From assembly GCA_026770705.1 (NCBI GenBank), contig JANJGN010000041.1:6014001-6078000 (forward strand): a stretch of 64,000 nt of DNA, given 5' to 3'. The notes under the pieces were generated by a model. That model searched no databases and was not told the DNA's origin. It saw only the letters and a program-made list of their open reading frames with translations. This DNA is from Isurus oxyrinchus (Eukaryota). The translations under genes were made by a program, and so were the position numbers. Below, piece by piece: positions 35,999-50,128 of this stretch. Position 1 is the first letter of the stretch; every line of letters starts with the position of its first letter.

Positions 35999-36793
35999 GT
36001 GAAATCTCTGAATGTAACTCTCTGCAGCATGCAATGACACAAATATTCTGCTGAGCTCACCTAAGAAAAAAAGCCAGGAGTTTTATCATGTGCGAGCCAA
36101 CATTTCATCAAGATGTTGAGCAGATTGCGCAGTACGTATATAAAATCATTCATTGTTTTTATTGCAAGTGGCTCCTATCATATTGAGAGGGTGCTCTGGA
36201 GAACAGACCCTTAAACCATTACTGTGCCATAATCTCTGCCTTACCACGCTCCCCTCCCATCCTGCACTCAAACAACATTGGATCTTCTCCCCCATGTTAC
36301 ACCAGCTTTTCCTCAAGCAGTTAACCCATTACAACTCGTCACCAAAACTTCCCACGGCATCCTACCACCCCGTAATTCTCCTGTTCATACCATCAATCCT
36401 AATTTCCCCATTCCTCCATGATGTCTCACGTACACAATTTTCCCCATCAACCCTGCTATACTTGTGTCCACACCGTCATTCCTAGGTGCCTGCCCATTTA
36501 TACCCATCAACTCATATCTTCGTTCGTGAAAACTTTTGCCTCAATAGCCTCAGCTTCCCCCATCAACACTAGCTCCTCCCTCACCCGTCGCTGTGCCAAC
36601 ATCCCTACTTAGCCCATAACTTCTGACTTGCTCCCTCAAACCGTTTTTTCTTCTCCAATAATTTCCATTAATGCTTTGTGCCTTCCCGCGTATCATCAAC
36701 CGTCTGATCAGTAAGGTAGAATGATTCTGAAATATTCAATAAGTCCTGACACAAGCTTGCAAGTTTGGTATTGCACATTTCTCTTACACTTAG

Positions 36794-37620
36794 CTAACAA
36801 ATTAACGATTATGCCACATTTGCAGAAAGTGTGGTCTCTCCAAATGTGACATTCAGCAAGTGGTGACTATGACAATGGCAAACCTGGTTTCCTCAGCCTG
36901 ATATTTCGAAACTTTCTGATTGTTTTCTAAAAAGCGTTTCGTTTCATGAACTCCAACCCCGTGTTTAATGCCAACACAGTCAGCCACTGATTTTTCTGAC
37001 TGGTACACAGTCACACGCATCATTGAAATCTCTGTAGCCTTTTGTTGGCAAAATCTGAAGTATGATATTGTGCTGGAGAAACAGCTGCTGAGCTTCGGGT
37101 AATAGTCAATTTTTTGGGGGCTGTTTTAGGAACCTTTCCTGATATTTATTTTTAGCACATGAGTATTGGCTGTTGCAATAAACCCGCTCTGTGATGAGGC
37201 AATAAATGACCCGCATTCTCATTCCTTGAGAATAATGGATTTCCTTAATCACATTCTAACCAGGGAGAGACCAGTTTCCCTGCTTCTACTACTCATTGGT
37301 TTCACTGTCAGGCACAGGTTACTGACCAGCAGAAGCGGCAGGAGACTCCGGGCTTTCAGGGAGATGGAAAATCGAAGGGAACCCAACATTTAATTTTTGT
37401 CCTCTCAATAAAATGCAGCTAGTTATTGTTAGCATTTATGCTTTATTATCTGTTTTGGCAGATGTTAGATGCGTTGTCCAATTTAACGCATCCAGACAAT
37501 TTAGCCAAGTAATTGACTTCATTCTGGAGCTCCTGTGTTGATGCACAATGATTTGCATTTATATTGTGGTTCAGAATATGTTGCGACTGCATTTAAAGAA
37601 TGTGCTGGGATATGATTAAA
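36794..37620 (+). pseudogene. GPR139/GPR142-like 7TM receptor pseudogene, exon 2, heavily decayed
   Basis: Acceptor 'tttctcttacacttag|CTAAC'. Reads KCGLSKC, ATDFSDWYTVT, VAFCWQNLK, DFLNHILT, FTVRHRLLTSR.GRRLR..REMENRR, LELLC*CT.ICIYIVVQ...LKNVLGY; many stops and indels. Confidence 0.85.
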
Positions 37621-38384
37621 ATAATGAAACACTGTTCGTGTGCAGCATTGTCCACTGCTACTTCAGGTTTTCAGTGTTTGGAGGGGCTTGCCAGCAAGGC
37701 AAATGTGGAATCGTGGGGCTGGTCGCAAATGGTAACATTGTCTGTTGAAGAATTGGGGTTTACAACATGAAGGTACCTCTCACTGATTAGACATCATATT
37801 ACTCAGAATAAGCACACTTGCATTGGGCAATCCACTGGTCGTATTCCCTTTCCCTTCACACCAATTGTACAAGGACCCCTCCCAGCAGCATCACCCGCCA
37901 AACCCAGCACCCCCATCCACCACACCCCCAAAATCCATTTAGCCGGCCCATGTTTCCAACCTAATGCATTCCACAATTGTCCATTGCAATATTGCACATA
38001 TTTTGGGGAGTGGTGAACTGAGTTAAACAATGCTCCGAGACATCGGCCTGTTATTATAGCAAAAATAGCAATGGCTTTACTGATGAACATGAACAATAAA
38101 TCTCACAAGGAAATTGTTATCCTTCAAATTGTTTTATTTGCCACAAGAATCGAATGTCAGCGACCAAATTCCTGGACAACATACCTGATCCGATATTTAA
38201 GGGGATTTGTCAGGCGAAATTCCCAGTTTTATTCGTGTTCAATATTCGTATGTATACATTCATTGCGTTTTTGAGTTTCTTTTTAAATCACAATCACCTT
38301 TTTTGCTTCAAGGTCGTCTTTGTCAATGATCCGCAGGGGACATTTTTTGCAAGAAGCACTTGTATTTCAGCCCTTGATGTTCTT

Positions 38385-38630
38385 ATCTTTCTATGTATCT
38401 ATCCATCCATCTAACTATCTATCCACCTCTATATCTATAAATCTATCCGTTCATCTTGGTCTCACATTCTCTTGCTCTTTCACTTGCAAGTCCATTTGTT
38501 GCTCGTTCTGTCTCGCTCTCTCTCTCACTCGCGCAAAATTTTCTCTTCTAATCAGTCTATCCATTTGAATGTCTGTCTATCTGTGCATCTATGTGTCTGT
38601 CTATCTGTCTGTCGGTCTGTCTGTCTAACT
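38385..38630. repeat. TC/TCTA/TCTG low-complexity tract
   Basis: Direct reading. Confidence 0.75.
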
Positions 38631-39059
38631 ATCTTGATAGTTAATTCTCCCGGCCCTTCGATATGCGAGTTTGCTGCAAAAAAATGTCAGTGTGATATCA
38701 CGTGTGAGATTAGATCAAGTCTATACTTTCATAAACGAGTATCAAATTCTGCATAAGATGAATATTCGGGGGAATAAACTAACCTTGCCCGCGCTTCCTT
38801 GTCCTTAAGGTGCTTGACTCTGTTCTCCACAAAGGCTGATATCACTGGATGATTACTACATTTGGTTGTGCCAAAGGTTTGTTCCCAATCAGCTTTTCAA
38901 ATATATACTTTCATGTGCCGAGGATGTGGTTAGATGGGCCACAAGTTACTGTTCTATCCAAATTGCCCTTGAAAATGTGGAGGTGCCCTACCTTCCTGAA
39001 ATTGTGTATTTCATCTGACTGATGTCAGTGGCATTCCCTCAGTACCTCGAATGAAGTCC

Positions 39060-40620
39060 GTTAGGCTCAGTGCGATTTCAGATGACTGAGGAGTCACATT
39101 CTGGACCTACATTTTCTTCCACCGTTTTTTGCACTGAGGAGTTGAAATCAAAGTCCCAGAATGGTTCACTTCTTCTTGCTGTGGCTCAGCCTTTCCACGA
39201 CTCTGTTGAGCCGCTGAGACACGAAGCGGTTTTCGAATGGATGGACCAGGTGATACCAGGCCCAGTGATTGGCAGCATTCTCCTCCCGCTCCCTGGTGTT
39301 TAGCAATCCGTGCATTAGGGAGACCTGGAGAGAATCCTTACAACGTGCTATTTGGCCGCCCTTTGGACGAGGACTGCTAAGTGGCAGAAGCAGGTATGGA
39401 AAGGCAAACTTTTCCCGAAAAATGTGCCCACGACCACCACATATCTGCTGCATTTGTACAGGACTTTGGCTGGGGCCTCCAGGAATCACAGCCTTGCACC
39501 TGTACCCAATCCTCCATCCCCACAGGGCTTTTTGCCTGAAGCAGAATTGTGAACCCATATTTTATTATCAGGATTCTGGTGCACCACCTGTCTGCTTCAT
39601 GTGGCGCAGGCACACCGCGTTGCTTTTAGTAAGGTAGTGTCAGAGTGCCATGTATTGGGATCCAGCTTGCAATCTCTGAGATTGGCTTTGAGATTTCAGG
39701 CATCCTGTAGTGGAGCTTCCTGTGCTCACTGAGTGTGGCTTGTTTGTACGCAGGAATTTTCTGGATGAACGGTCTGACTGACCCAGCCAGCGGGGCTCTA
39801 CTGAACATATTTTCGATGTCAGGCATGTTACACTTGGCAAAATCATCGGCTTTGCGGATTTTCCCTTGCTAACAACCGTTGGAAATGGTTCACAGACAGT
39901 TACGTTTGAAAGTTTTCATTAGGTATCTACCAGGCCGATAGGTTATGCAAGTCTCGCACTGATATGGAAGTGATATAAGAAACAATGTCTCGCAGACCTT
40001 TATCTTCTATCTGAGGGCAAATCCATGTTTTTTTTGCAGAAATCAGTGAGTCAATCCTGCCACGTGCCGAGCTTGTTTTGGTCAGGTGGTGGGTAATTTG
40101 TCCATCCAGTTAGTGCCCTTGGAGTGCATGTTGCCAAGTTAACAAAACTTCCATACTGAACAGAGGCATGCATTGTTCAAAGCGGCTGTGGTATCTTGGA
40201 GCACGTGACTAGCAACGGTTTGATGCAGCATCTCTATCCTCAGTTATATTGCCAATGGAAAACAATCTGAGTTTGCAGCAAAGTGCTCAGGACGCAGCTG
40301 AATGTCTCCGGATACTGACGTATGAGAGCGCATTGGTCCAAGAAGATGACTCCTCTCTGTGGCTACCCAGTAGCTTCTGTGCAAGGTTTTATTCTTGCCT
40401 CTTTGAAAAGGCTGTCTGTGGTCCTGAAATGAGGGTGTCAAGCTCTTGGAGTGCATGCTTTGACAAGTACTGACAAATATATGACAAACTGATCTGGGCA
40501 CATTATCCAGCCTTATTTGGCGAAGCAAGTGGCAGGAAATGGGTTCATACTGCCGAACCACTTTGCAGCCCTCTGATAATGACATCATCGACATAGATTG
40601 AGTGACACTGAAAATCTGTT
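39060..40620 (-). mobile_element. Possible decayed L1/Tx1-type LINE ORF2 C-terminal region
   Basis: 'CGGRGHIF..F' zinc-knuckle-like and 'W..HL' motifs in ORF 39166-39558; coding-like composition with many disruptions. Confidence 0.3.
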
Positions 40621-41889
40621 CCGGGCTGTCACATATCCATGGCTGAGTTGGATTGTTTATTGACCAGTAAGGGAGACCAGGTTCATGAGGCTGTATGTTT
40701 GCGCTGTAAAGGAGGTGGCAGAAGGTTCCGGCGGAAGATGCTGGTTAGGGGAGAGCAGGCAGGAGAGTGTGCCTGAGGCCAGGATCAGATAAACCATGAA
40801 TTTTCCGTGTTGCAGAACAGGCCCAAGTGGTCAAATGATCTACTGATCTGAACTATTCTGTCTTTGGTGTTTGTTTGAAATGCAGCCCACACCAAAACAG
40901 CAGGCGCCGTCGATTCTGGTTCATTATAATCAGTGAAAACATCTGCTAATGATTGTCTTCTGAATAGATTTGACGGCCAACAGTTTCATGTTCAGATTGG
41001 ATTGCCTTTCCAGTGATGTGCTCTATATATGACATTAATTTTTAAAAACATTTTTTCATTCATTTCAAGCATCACTCTGCACTATTGCACATCAAGACAC
41101 CAACAACGCCAAACTCGCAGGTCCAACGGTTGTGTTTATAATTTCCAGCCAGAATGGTACAAATTTATGGGCAACAACAGAGAATGCAGGTCAAGTCACC
41201 GGCAGAAGTGTCAGTGCCAGAGGAAAGATCTGGGCAGCGTATGAGTTCCTTCTGGAAGCTTAAATTTCAAAGATAAACATCACACATATGCAGTGTTGGA
41301 ACATAGAATGTTTCCTGAAACACATGACAGTGGTGAGAATCTGAAATTTACTCCACTACCTCTCCTAGCAGTTCAGGCCTATTGAGCTTCCTGGAATCAT
41401 TTTGATCTAAATTAGTATTGATTTGATTCCCGACATCGCTGTGTAGGTCAATCATTTCCCGACGTGACTATCCACTATGGAATCTACTGGTTACTCGGTA
41501 AAATATAGCCCCTTCCATTTTATTGACCTCGCACATCATTACATTGTTTGACGTTTCATTTCGAAACGGTTCCTTTCAGAAGGAGAGTGACTGATGTAAC
41601 CTGTTTGTTCAATGACTGAAACTAATTGATTTCTTCAAGGGACATGAATGCGCTCATGGGGATTTATCTGCTGTCTACATAACAGCTTCTCTGAATGTCA
41701 CATTTCATATTTTCCAACAGGCTTGGTGTTTGTGTTTCAACAGGAGTTAGATCCTCTCTCAGTGGATATACTTTGTTGTACTTCATCAGATACAAGCCAT
41801 TTACAAATCCGTTTTCGAGCTCTCGTTTTCCAATGTACGTTTATTAACATGACTTCGGACTAACAATATGAATTATTGTCCTTCTTTTC

Positions 41890-42170
41890 ATTCGTGTATG
41901 AGGGCAATGCTGGCAAGGCCAGCATTTATTGCAAATCTCTAATTCTCCTTGTGAAGTGGGTGGTAAGCTGCTGCGGTCTTTATGGTGTAGTTACATCAAC
42001 AGTATTGTCACGGGCGATCCATTAATTTGACACAGAGACTGTGAAGGACGACGATATTTTTCCAGATCAGAACGATGAGTGTCCTGGAGAGCAATGTTCA
42101 GCGAGTGGCGTTCCCATCTTCATGTTGCCTTTGTCTTTTGATATTGTAGCGTTCGTGGGTTTGATTAGTT
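41890..42170 (-). mobile_element. CR1/L2-clade LINE 3' tail
   Basis: 'gctggcaaggccagcatttattgc...gtggtaagctg' is the reverse complement of the family tail. Confidence 0.6.
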
Positions 42171-42424
42171 AACTAAAGGGCTTAATGTTAGGTAAAGGTA
42201 ACAGCTTTTCTCTGTTCACTGCTAGGAATCATGTCGTGCTAGTTCTACCCTGATGCTCTAGGTTAATTAATGTAGCATTTGCTTCCGAAATTCCTGTGAT
42301 TAAAACGTGTTTCTATTATTTTCCTGAGCTAAATTTAAATAAGAAGAGTATTTCTAAATTTCAGAACAGACGTTCATTCCACCTTGTGCATACATCTCTG
42401 CAGGAAAGGCGCTTCCTCATAAAG

Positions 42425-42494
42425 ATGGGAGAAAAGATACTTCGCCAGATAGAAGCCATTTTCTATCCTATTCTTGTGGCAATCGGTGTTCCTG
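42425..42494 (+). CDS. Intact GPR139/GPR142-like 7TM receptor, coding exon 1
   Basis: aaagATGG context; MGEKILRQIEAIFYPILVAIGVP + G|GTAAGA; 70 nt, phase 1, joins in frame to 51189. Confidence 0.88.
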
Positions 42495-43059
42495 GTAAGA
42501 GCCGAAATACAATCATCACACGTATAAATAGATGTGTATGTCCTTCTCAAACGCCGCTTCCGATAACATGGAATCGTTTCTTTAATATTGGGGAATCATC
42601 AAAGCAGGGAATGTATGCTTAACCATAAAGTTAACAGATTTCTTCCTTTTGTTGCATCTTTCTGTCCGTGGTATCCACTGCTGACACCTTGTTCCTGCTT
42701 AACGAAATGTCATGTAACGGGGTGGGCTCTGCAATAATTATTATAATGAAGTGCAAACCGAGTATCTACTTGTAGACAACGCAATCTGTGAAAATCTGTT
42801 CAGAGGCAAATTCGCATTCTGCAAAATTCTGCTTGAAATGCTTGAAGCCGTTGCCAATGTTTTTCATCTAGTTGCCAATATTTCAAGAATGGGATCCCTG
42901 TCAAATCACATACTCATTACGACAGCGATACTTTTACAAATCGGTATGCAGAGAGGATATCTGGAAGCTTGTGTGAAACAGATTACTGTGTGTGCTGAAG
43001 ATATTCCAATGTCTTAGTCACTTGTCTATTGAAATACATGCATTTTTGCTGCATCAAAT

Positions 43060-43450
43060 ATCGACCACCTTAATGAATTTACATGACGTGTAGTCACTGA
43101 AGTAACGCAAAAGTTGACAGGCAATTTTTGGTTGGGAAGCTTCCACAAGCAGCAAGTTGACAATGACCAGATGATCCTTTATGTGGGCTTTAGCAGAAGT
43201 TTAAATAGTGGTCAGGACAGAAGGGGCTACGACAATGTCGATGTTTGAAATAGGGGCATGGAATCGTTGATGATTACCCTGTGAATCGATTTGAAGTCTG
43301 TTCTAAAAGTTATTAAACCCGATAGTGCAGAACCACTTCACTACAGCAATGGAGCATTAGCAGAGGCTTTTGTTCTCAAGTACTTACGCCAGGATGTTAG
43401 TAATGAAACATCCATCTTAGCACGCAGATTGCTAACTGAGCCATAAGTGG
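43060..43450 (-). mobile_element. DeuSINE/SacSINE1-like SINE
   Basis: 'gtgtagtcactg', 'cacaagcagcaa...aatgaccagat' and 'agtgcag.acc.ctt..actaca.caatggag' blocks. Confidence 0.55.
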
Positions 43451-44289
43451 TCCGATCTTTGAACACCTATGCTCCCCGAATAGTTATCTGGTTCTCATTA
43501 TTCTGCTCATTTCAGTTTCTAGCCCTCCACTTCCTGGTGTTGCAAACCTGCTGCCTAATCTAGCTTACTTAAATTGAGAATTGCAATGGATTGATATATA
43601 GCATTGTCGCACTCCCCTTTGGCTTTGGGAAACCCACGTTGTCATATTACATGGTGGCCCTGACAGAAGGATATAGCAGCACAGGGAATACGAGTAGAAG
43701 TTGATCTTTTGGCTGCACAACGGTGCTCCACTACTCCAGTCTATGATGACTGGAGGTATGTCTCCCCGACATTCCACGCACTATCTCATATCTTTGGATG
43801 CATTCAATATTGCACATTTGGTTCATCAGCACCTGCAAAATACTTAATGACTGCCGATCTTCCGAGGTTGCAGTACATAATTTCGAACATTTACCCCTCC
43901 CTGAGTGATGAAATTCTTCCTGATCTCAGTTCTAAATGCAGACCTCCTTTTTTGATGCTGCTTTTTCTGGTTTTAGACACACCTACCAACGGAATCATCC
44001 ATCCAAGATCTACAACAACGAAACTTATAAGAAGCGTGAATGCTTCAGGGAGATCACTTCTCATTTGCCAATGCTCCAGAAAGCAGAGGGGGGGGGGGGG
44101 GGGGGGGGCGTCAATGTATCCATAAGGCAATCCCAGTTAAAAACCAGTAATCCAATAAGTGATCTATTGAACATTCCTTATCGCAGAGCTACACAACACC
44201 TAATGAAATCTCCACCAAAGGAGCAAAGTAGAATGCTTGACAGGCATCACAAACATCATCATAAACAGACCACATGAAAATTGCAGAGC

Positions 44290-44870
44290 TGGGGATACGC
44301 TGGACTTGTGGTTACAAATTGTGGTTGTGCACAAATCAGTTCCAGCTAATGGTGCACAGTGCCTCGTGAATGCGCACTTTTGAGTTCCTGATCAAGGTGA
44401 AACCTACCCCATTTAGCACAATGCTTGTCTCACACAATACGATGAATGGAAGCACCAATCTGAAGGCACAATTCGTCTGCACAAGGACCGTGCGGTGGTC
44501 AGTACTATCAATCCTTTAATGGACAGATTCCCCTGTGTTGGCTAGTTTGATGGAGCGAATTCACTTAGAGTTTTGTAACTGGTTGGTTCCCTGACCACCT
44601 GCGAAAGAGCCTGTCTAGCAGTTATCTTTATGAGTCGGCCAGCACGGACATTAGTGGTGCCAAGGATCATTTCTTGCTCACAGACATCGAGGTCCCCGAT
44701 GTAAAGCATTCTTTTTTCTTCTCACTCCCCAAAACGTCGGCCATTGATGATCATTGTTTCATCCGCTGAGGGGAACGGGAGCTGGTCAGCAGGAGGGGAC
44801 ATTCATTGCCGATGTGTTACGTGATGACATGAGATTTCACTTAAGTACCACGTGTAATCAAGGATATGAA
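44290..44870 (-). mobile_element. CR1/L2-clade LINE endonuclease fragment
   Basis: GDLDV.EQE*SLGTT..RAGRLIKI.ARQALSQVVREPT (GDFN-type EN motif). Confidence 0.6.
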
Positions 44871-45039
44871 AAATGGTGCACAGTGAAAGTGTTGCAAAAT
44901 GATATTTAGGAAAGCAGTAATACAATTGAGTGATACCGAGAAATTGGGTGGATACTCCCCATTTTGGATAATGTAATTTCAATCAGATGTTTGCTGCTGA
45001 TTCATATGAACTTTAAAAGAAGTACGAGGAATTATTCAG

Positions 45040-46620
45040 ATAAGGATAAGCAGTATGAATCATTAAATTTACGGAATGATTGCAAATACAGCAGGCTGTT
45101 TTTGTCCTGGTTTCAGTCAATATCTTTGAATTCAGTTGGAGCGTAAATCAACCAGACAGCTGTAGTGGATACTTTCACACTGCTGCTTTGTACATTTTAG
45201 ATGGAGGAAAGGTTTTGGAGAGTCAGGGGGTGCGTTGCTCACCACAGCATTCTCAGATCCTGACGTGTCCTTCTAATCACAGTTTCTTGTCAAGGGCTTG
45301 TCCAAGGATGTTGAAAATGGGGGCTTAAGCGATGGTAATTTCATTAAATCTCAGGGTTATTATGTTGGATATTCTTTTGGTGCAGGTGGTCATTGCCTGT
45401 TAAGGGGCAAATATTACTTGTCATTATTCAGCTTCACAATTCTGGCTATTGCCCAGGTCTTGATGCACATGGGGACGGATTTCATCATCATCTGTTGGTG
45501 CTGAACCTTTAACGATCATCAGTTGGTACAACCTCTTCCCACTACCCAACTCTCTCCCCACCACACCAAACCTCCTTCTGTGTTTCAAATGGAGAGAAGT
45601 TCATTGATGCAGTAGCTTCAGATGGTTGGGCTCAGAACATTGCCATTAGGCTCTCGTCCATTTATGTAATGGTGCTGAGATGATTCACCTGCAAAACAAA
45701 ACAAAAAGAAAAATAAATTGTTTTAGCTTGGTGTAAGTTCAAGCAGTGGGGAAGTTGCCCCTTATTCTTATTGACTACAGTTATCATAGCCCACATTGAT
45801 ACCACAGTGTGATAACAGCTGTATTGGTATAAAACACAGCCCCCCTCTCCTCACCTTATCAGTACAACACATTTGGCCATGTTTGGACCAAGGCCAATTC
45901 GGGAGCTGGAGCTCGTATGAAGCAAAACGTGAGCGTCAGTGTGCAGTTTACTGCCAAGTACGTAGCGATTAAAAGCATTTTCCATGGTACTTTTCTTCAC
46001 TTTGATCATGATGATGTGTCGGCAGGTGGGGCTGTAAATGTCTTGTTTGGATTTGTCCTTATTTTTTGGCGGATAGGCGTACCTCTGAAAATGCTCACAG
46101 TTTTGTGTATATGCCAGCACTTTGAATGCACCATAGGAAGGCTTATTTAGGAGCACTGATCACCAGTAATATTGACAATATCTAAAAGGACACATAGTCT
46201 CTGCATCATCCAGTTCCTTCAGTCAGTCCTTAAATTCGAGTGCGAACAATCCCATTGCATGAAGTCTGGCATCTGTGATGCTTGTCTTCCGTAGGAGGAG
46301 GCCGGGATGATTCATCCACCCGTCACTTCCGGGTGAATGTGGCTGCAAATTCTTCAGCCATGTATATGCACCATTGCACTGCGCTCCAAAATCATTGCCG
46401 ATGGGGATATAGGTGGAGAGCCATTCTCCAGTGAGTTGCAGAATATTTCAGCACCATTGAAGGCGAATGTGACAGGACCTCAGAGCTGAGCTATGGAAAT
46501 TCGGAAAAGAGAAGAATGAGCCCTGTCGATCTCAAGGTGAATATGCTGTTTTGCATGCAAGTAACCCGGTCTTGCATTTCACCAGTTTAAGCCGAGATGT
46601 TAGGTTTGATCGTTGCTGCT
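45040..46620 (-). mobile_element. CR1/L2-clade LINE ORF2 fragment
   Basis: IDRA..RSSAL, DESSRPPP..SITDARL, AETMCPFRY.NITGDQCS and TPQNLSSI*NVQ motifs shared with other copies. Confidence 0.7.
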
Positions 46621-49600
46621 GTGGACATCTGCCAGATGTCTGCCATGTTCTGTCGTTTCTGAACTTGACCTCAAAAGCCAGGAAGGACAAGAACAGAAGA
46701 GGCATGGCAACACTCTTAGTTACAAAATCCTTTCCAAGTCACACAACAAGATGACTTGGAATTCGATCAACGTTCCATGACGGTCACTGGATCGACAACC
46801 CGGAAATCCATTGCTAGCAGCATTGTCTCTGCACCCCCTTCATATGGTCAGCAGTAGAAGAAAACCTTTACATTCAAGAAGACTTAGTGAAGGCGGAAAT
46901 GAAAGTGCTAATCATATCAAAATATAAAAAGAAAATAAAATGCTGCATGATGACGAATATATGAATATTGATTTCCTTTTTGTATTGAAATGACGGCCCT
47001 GGCTGTTTCATTTGTTCCAACTCAACAACTCAACACAATGCATTTTGAAATGTAAATCATTTCAGATAATACTGGCCCCTAACTGCGAACGTATATTTTG
47101 TATTCACTTCTGAATAGCTAATCATTTAACACAAAAGTATTGGCTGAAAATTTATCAGCAAATCGCCCCCCCTCAATGCCATCCCCCCTCATCTCCCAGA
47201 AGGCCCATTCCCCACCCCACACAGAAATGCCAAATCCGCTTGAAGATCAATGATGTGAATCGGGTTTCATGCCATCAGGTACGTGAATCTCCCAGTTGCA
47301 GATGAAGAACGGGCCGGGCAGGAGGAGAGGGAAAAAAATGTTTCTGGACATCTACCATCAGCGATGAATCTTGCCAAAGAGATGTTCTGCCTCTGGGGCC
47401 ATGATTAAATGTAGCAACAGATTGTGCTGGGGAAGGTGGTAGCGCCTTCCGGTTTACTTATCATTTTTTTTGTTTCTTGCCTGAGCTTTCAACGAAAAAT
47501 GTTTTTGGAAAAACAGTTTCTGTGAGCAGGTGGACTTGAGCTTGCAGCCATACCGACTTTATGTTCACAGCATTACAATCTGCCACATCATGTTGAGGCT
47601 TTCACTGCCAATTGGATGCGGACCCATTTTGCATCACTCAATGCCTCCTCCCAGTAGGAATTTAACGAATTGTGGAGCGGGAAGTGGTCTTAGAGAGGGT
47701 GAGTAGGAAAGGGCTGATTTTACATTTCTCCAAACTCATGCTGCCGAACAACGTAAATTCAAGGCCGCTCTCTACTTACGGTCATGTTTCTTTATGATTT
47801 TATGTCACGATTAGTGTTTTGTACCTGCACCGGAGGATTTGTGTCGCTTCTCCAGTGTAACTGCCGCTATGGAGCCTGCGGCAATGGGTCATAACTACAA
47901 ACACAATTCAGTGGATCACACTCAGTTGTGCGTTCGCAACAACATTCACAAATTCGCTGAAATAAATTATGAAATGAATATGTCATTGAAAATTGTTATT
48001 TTGTACGTACATTGCGAATAGAACATTTCTGTTAAAGTGATATGGATTCGGCACCCTGGTGGAACCTCCTTTGCTCTGCAGTTCTGCAGACTCGGGTGGT
48101 TGCAGTAAGGACACCAATAGGCACATAAGCACTGCTCCTGCTCCATGTTACTCTTCCCAAACAGCAATTAACAACAGGCCAGAAGCAGATTGCAGTTGCA
48201 GAGAGCAATGGGTAATTCTGTAGCATATATAAATATTCATTTCACTGGTTTATTTAGCAGTGAGTAATGTTGATAATATATTTGTTGCCTGTATACTTAA
48301 TTTGCTAGCAGAATAGTGGACAATGGTTTGGATACGTCATTATTGAATTAGGCAGATAATTGGTAGTTCATTCCTCCGGCATTTCAACGTTTAATTCTGA
48401 GGAAATTTCTGGAAATATACTGATAATTTATTGGATAATAGTATTGATAATTAATTTGTTCATACATTGGCTGATTCATTATATAATTGTTTAAAATACT
48501 GTATTTTTATAACTGTATGCTTTTTTAGATTGCTGGCAAGTACAGTTTCAAGTGCTGATAATTTGGCGACAGTCTTTGTATAATTCACAATAGCGCACGG
48601 AAAATTATGTCTCTCATTTTAAATGCATGTTATTGAAGTAATATATGTATTAGGTTTGCTCAAATAATAGTATGTATCGGGTAAAGGAAGGTATATTTTC
48701 AGTTTTAACATTTATTTTAAGCTGCAATTGTGTCAAAATAATGTTGAATTATAATCCTTCCACCTTTAGCACTGCATCCTGCATGGTCAAGAGAAGGTCA
48801 AACTTTAATTTGTATACATTGCCTGGCGTTTTCAAGGCTGTTTGTGACAGCTCTATTAAGTCAGTCAATGTTTGCTGCTTGCATTCCAGCTAGAGCATTG
48901 TGAATTGGAGGCTGCCAACTGGGCTGTGTATGTAACAGGAATAGATTTTTTTTTTTGTTTGTATGGTCTATGCTTGCCAACTTGAAATCTGATCCAAAAA
49001 TATAAAAAGCCTTATCCGACTAATTCGCCATACTTCATTCAAAGTTCATCTGAATCATTAACCAACAATTTACTGAAATAATATGATCCAAATTGTTACT
49101 TCACCACCACGTTTATAGTCGTTCAATGCATTGTTGTTTCCCGAAGTTCAAATTTGCAAAAAATCTACGTTCAGTTTGCACCATGTTGCACAGACATGAA
49201 ACCAGTTGGTACTTGAAATAACTTTCTATCCACTCATCCCCTTATTTTGACAATGTTCACTATCCATTCACTAATCTGTGCCGCCCCAATCCGACTGCAG
49301 ATTCCAATCAGAAAGCTATTCTGCGCCCTTGCAGAGCCGTGACATCCTTTCCCATAGCATCGCCACCAGAACTACAAACAAAATTTCGGTAGGGAGCAGA
49401 TTGCATACTTTCGATAATAATTCAGTCTGGAGATATTTAACTTGCTTTGAAATGCCGAAAATAATCTAATAAACGTGCGCATCAAATTATTACATATCTG
49501 GCAGCTACAAATTTGTTCAATGAGATTCACTTAGAAGATATATTCTACAAAATTCAAATGGACCTTTACTAAGTAAACAACAGAAATCATAATGCAACCA

Positions 49601-50128
49601 GGAATATCTGTGGCTCACGTCAATTTTGCTTGATTTATATGGATCATTTAATTCCATCAGTAATCAGCATAAATGAAGTTAATCTTCTGTATAATAAGGT
49701 AGCATTGAATAACTTTGCTAATTATCTAAAGGTGTTCCTGCATTTTGAAAACAAAAAATATACTTTTTAACAAATAATGCTAAGTTTTATGGGTTTTATG
49801 TACCTGGACAACCTGAAATGAAATAAGGATACAGGATGATATTTTAAAAATGGGTGTGTTATGTCCTAGGTCTTTATCCCCAGGTAATCGACAATTCGTA
49901 TTTTCACTTTTCTGAACATATATTATTCGACAGACTCAAATCGGTTTGCCAGTTACAGTCATTTTTTACCGCAATCTTCTGCACGGTGCAATGCAAAAGT
50001 TAATTTTCAGCTTTACATTTCAAATCATTTTGCACGGAGGCTGTATATAAGACACAAGCGACTCCCTTCTGCCCTTTCAGCAGCAAGGTGATTTGTTCTG
50101 TAGCCGATCAATTAACAGGAACTGTCTC

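Noticed and set aside
47830-48170. Cys-rich minus-strand peptides (CLCAYWCPYC; CECCCERTTEC), PLAC8-like impression
   Set aside because: No consistent frame or exon chain; could not be supported.
49850-49890. CCAG|GTAATC resembling a receptor exon-1 donor
   Set aside because: The upstream translation lacks the YP..L..GVP TM1 pattern.
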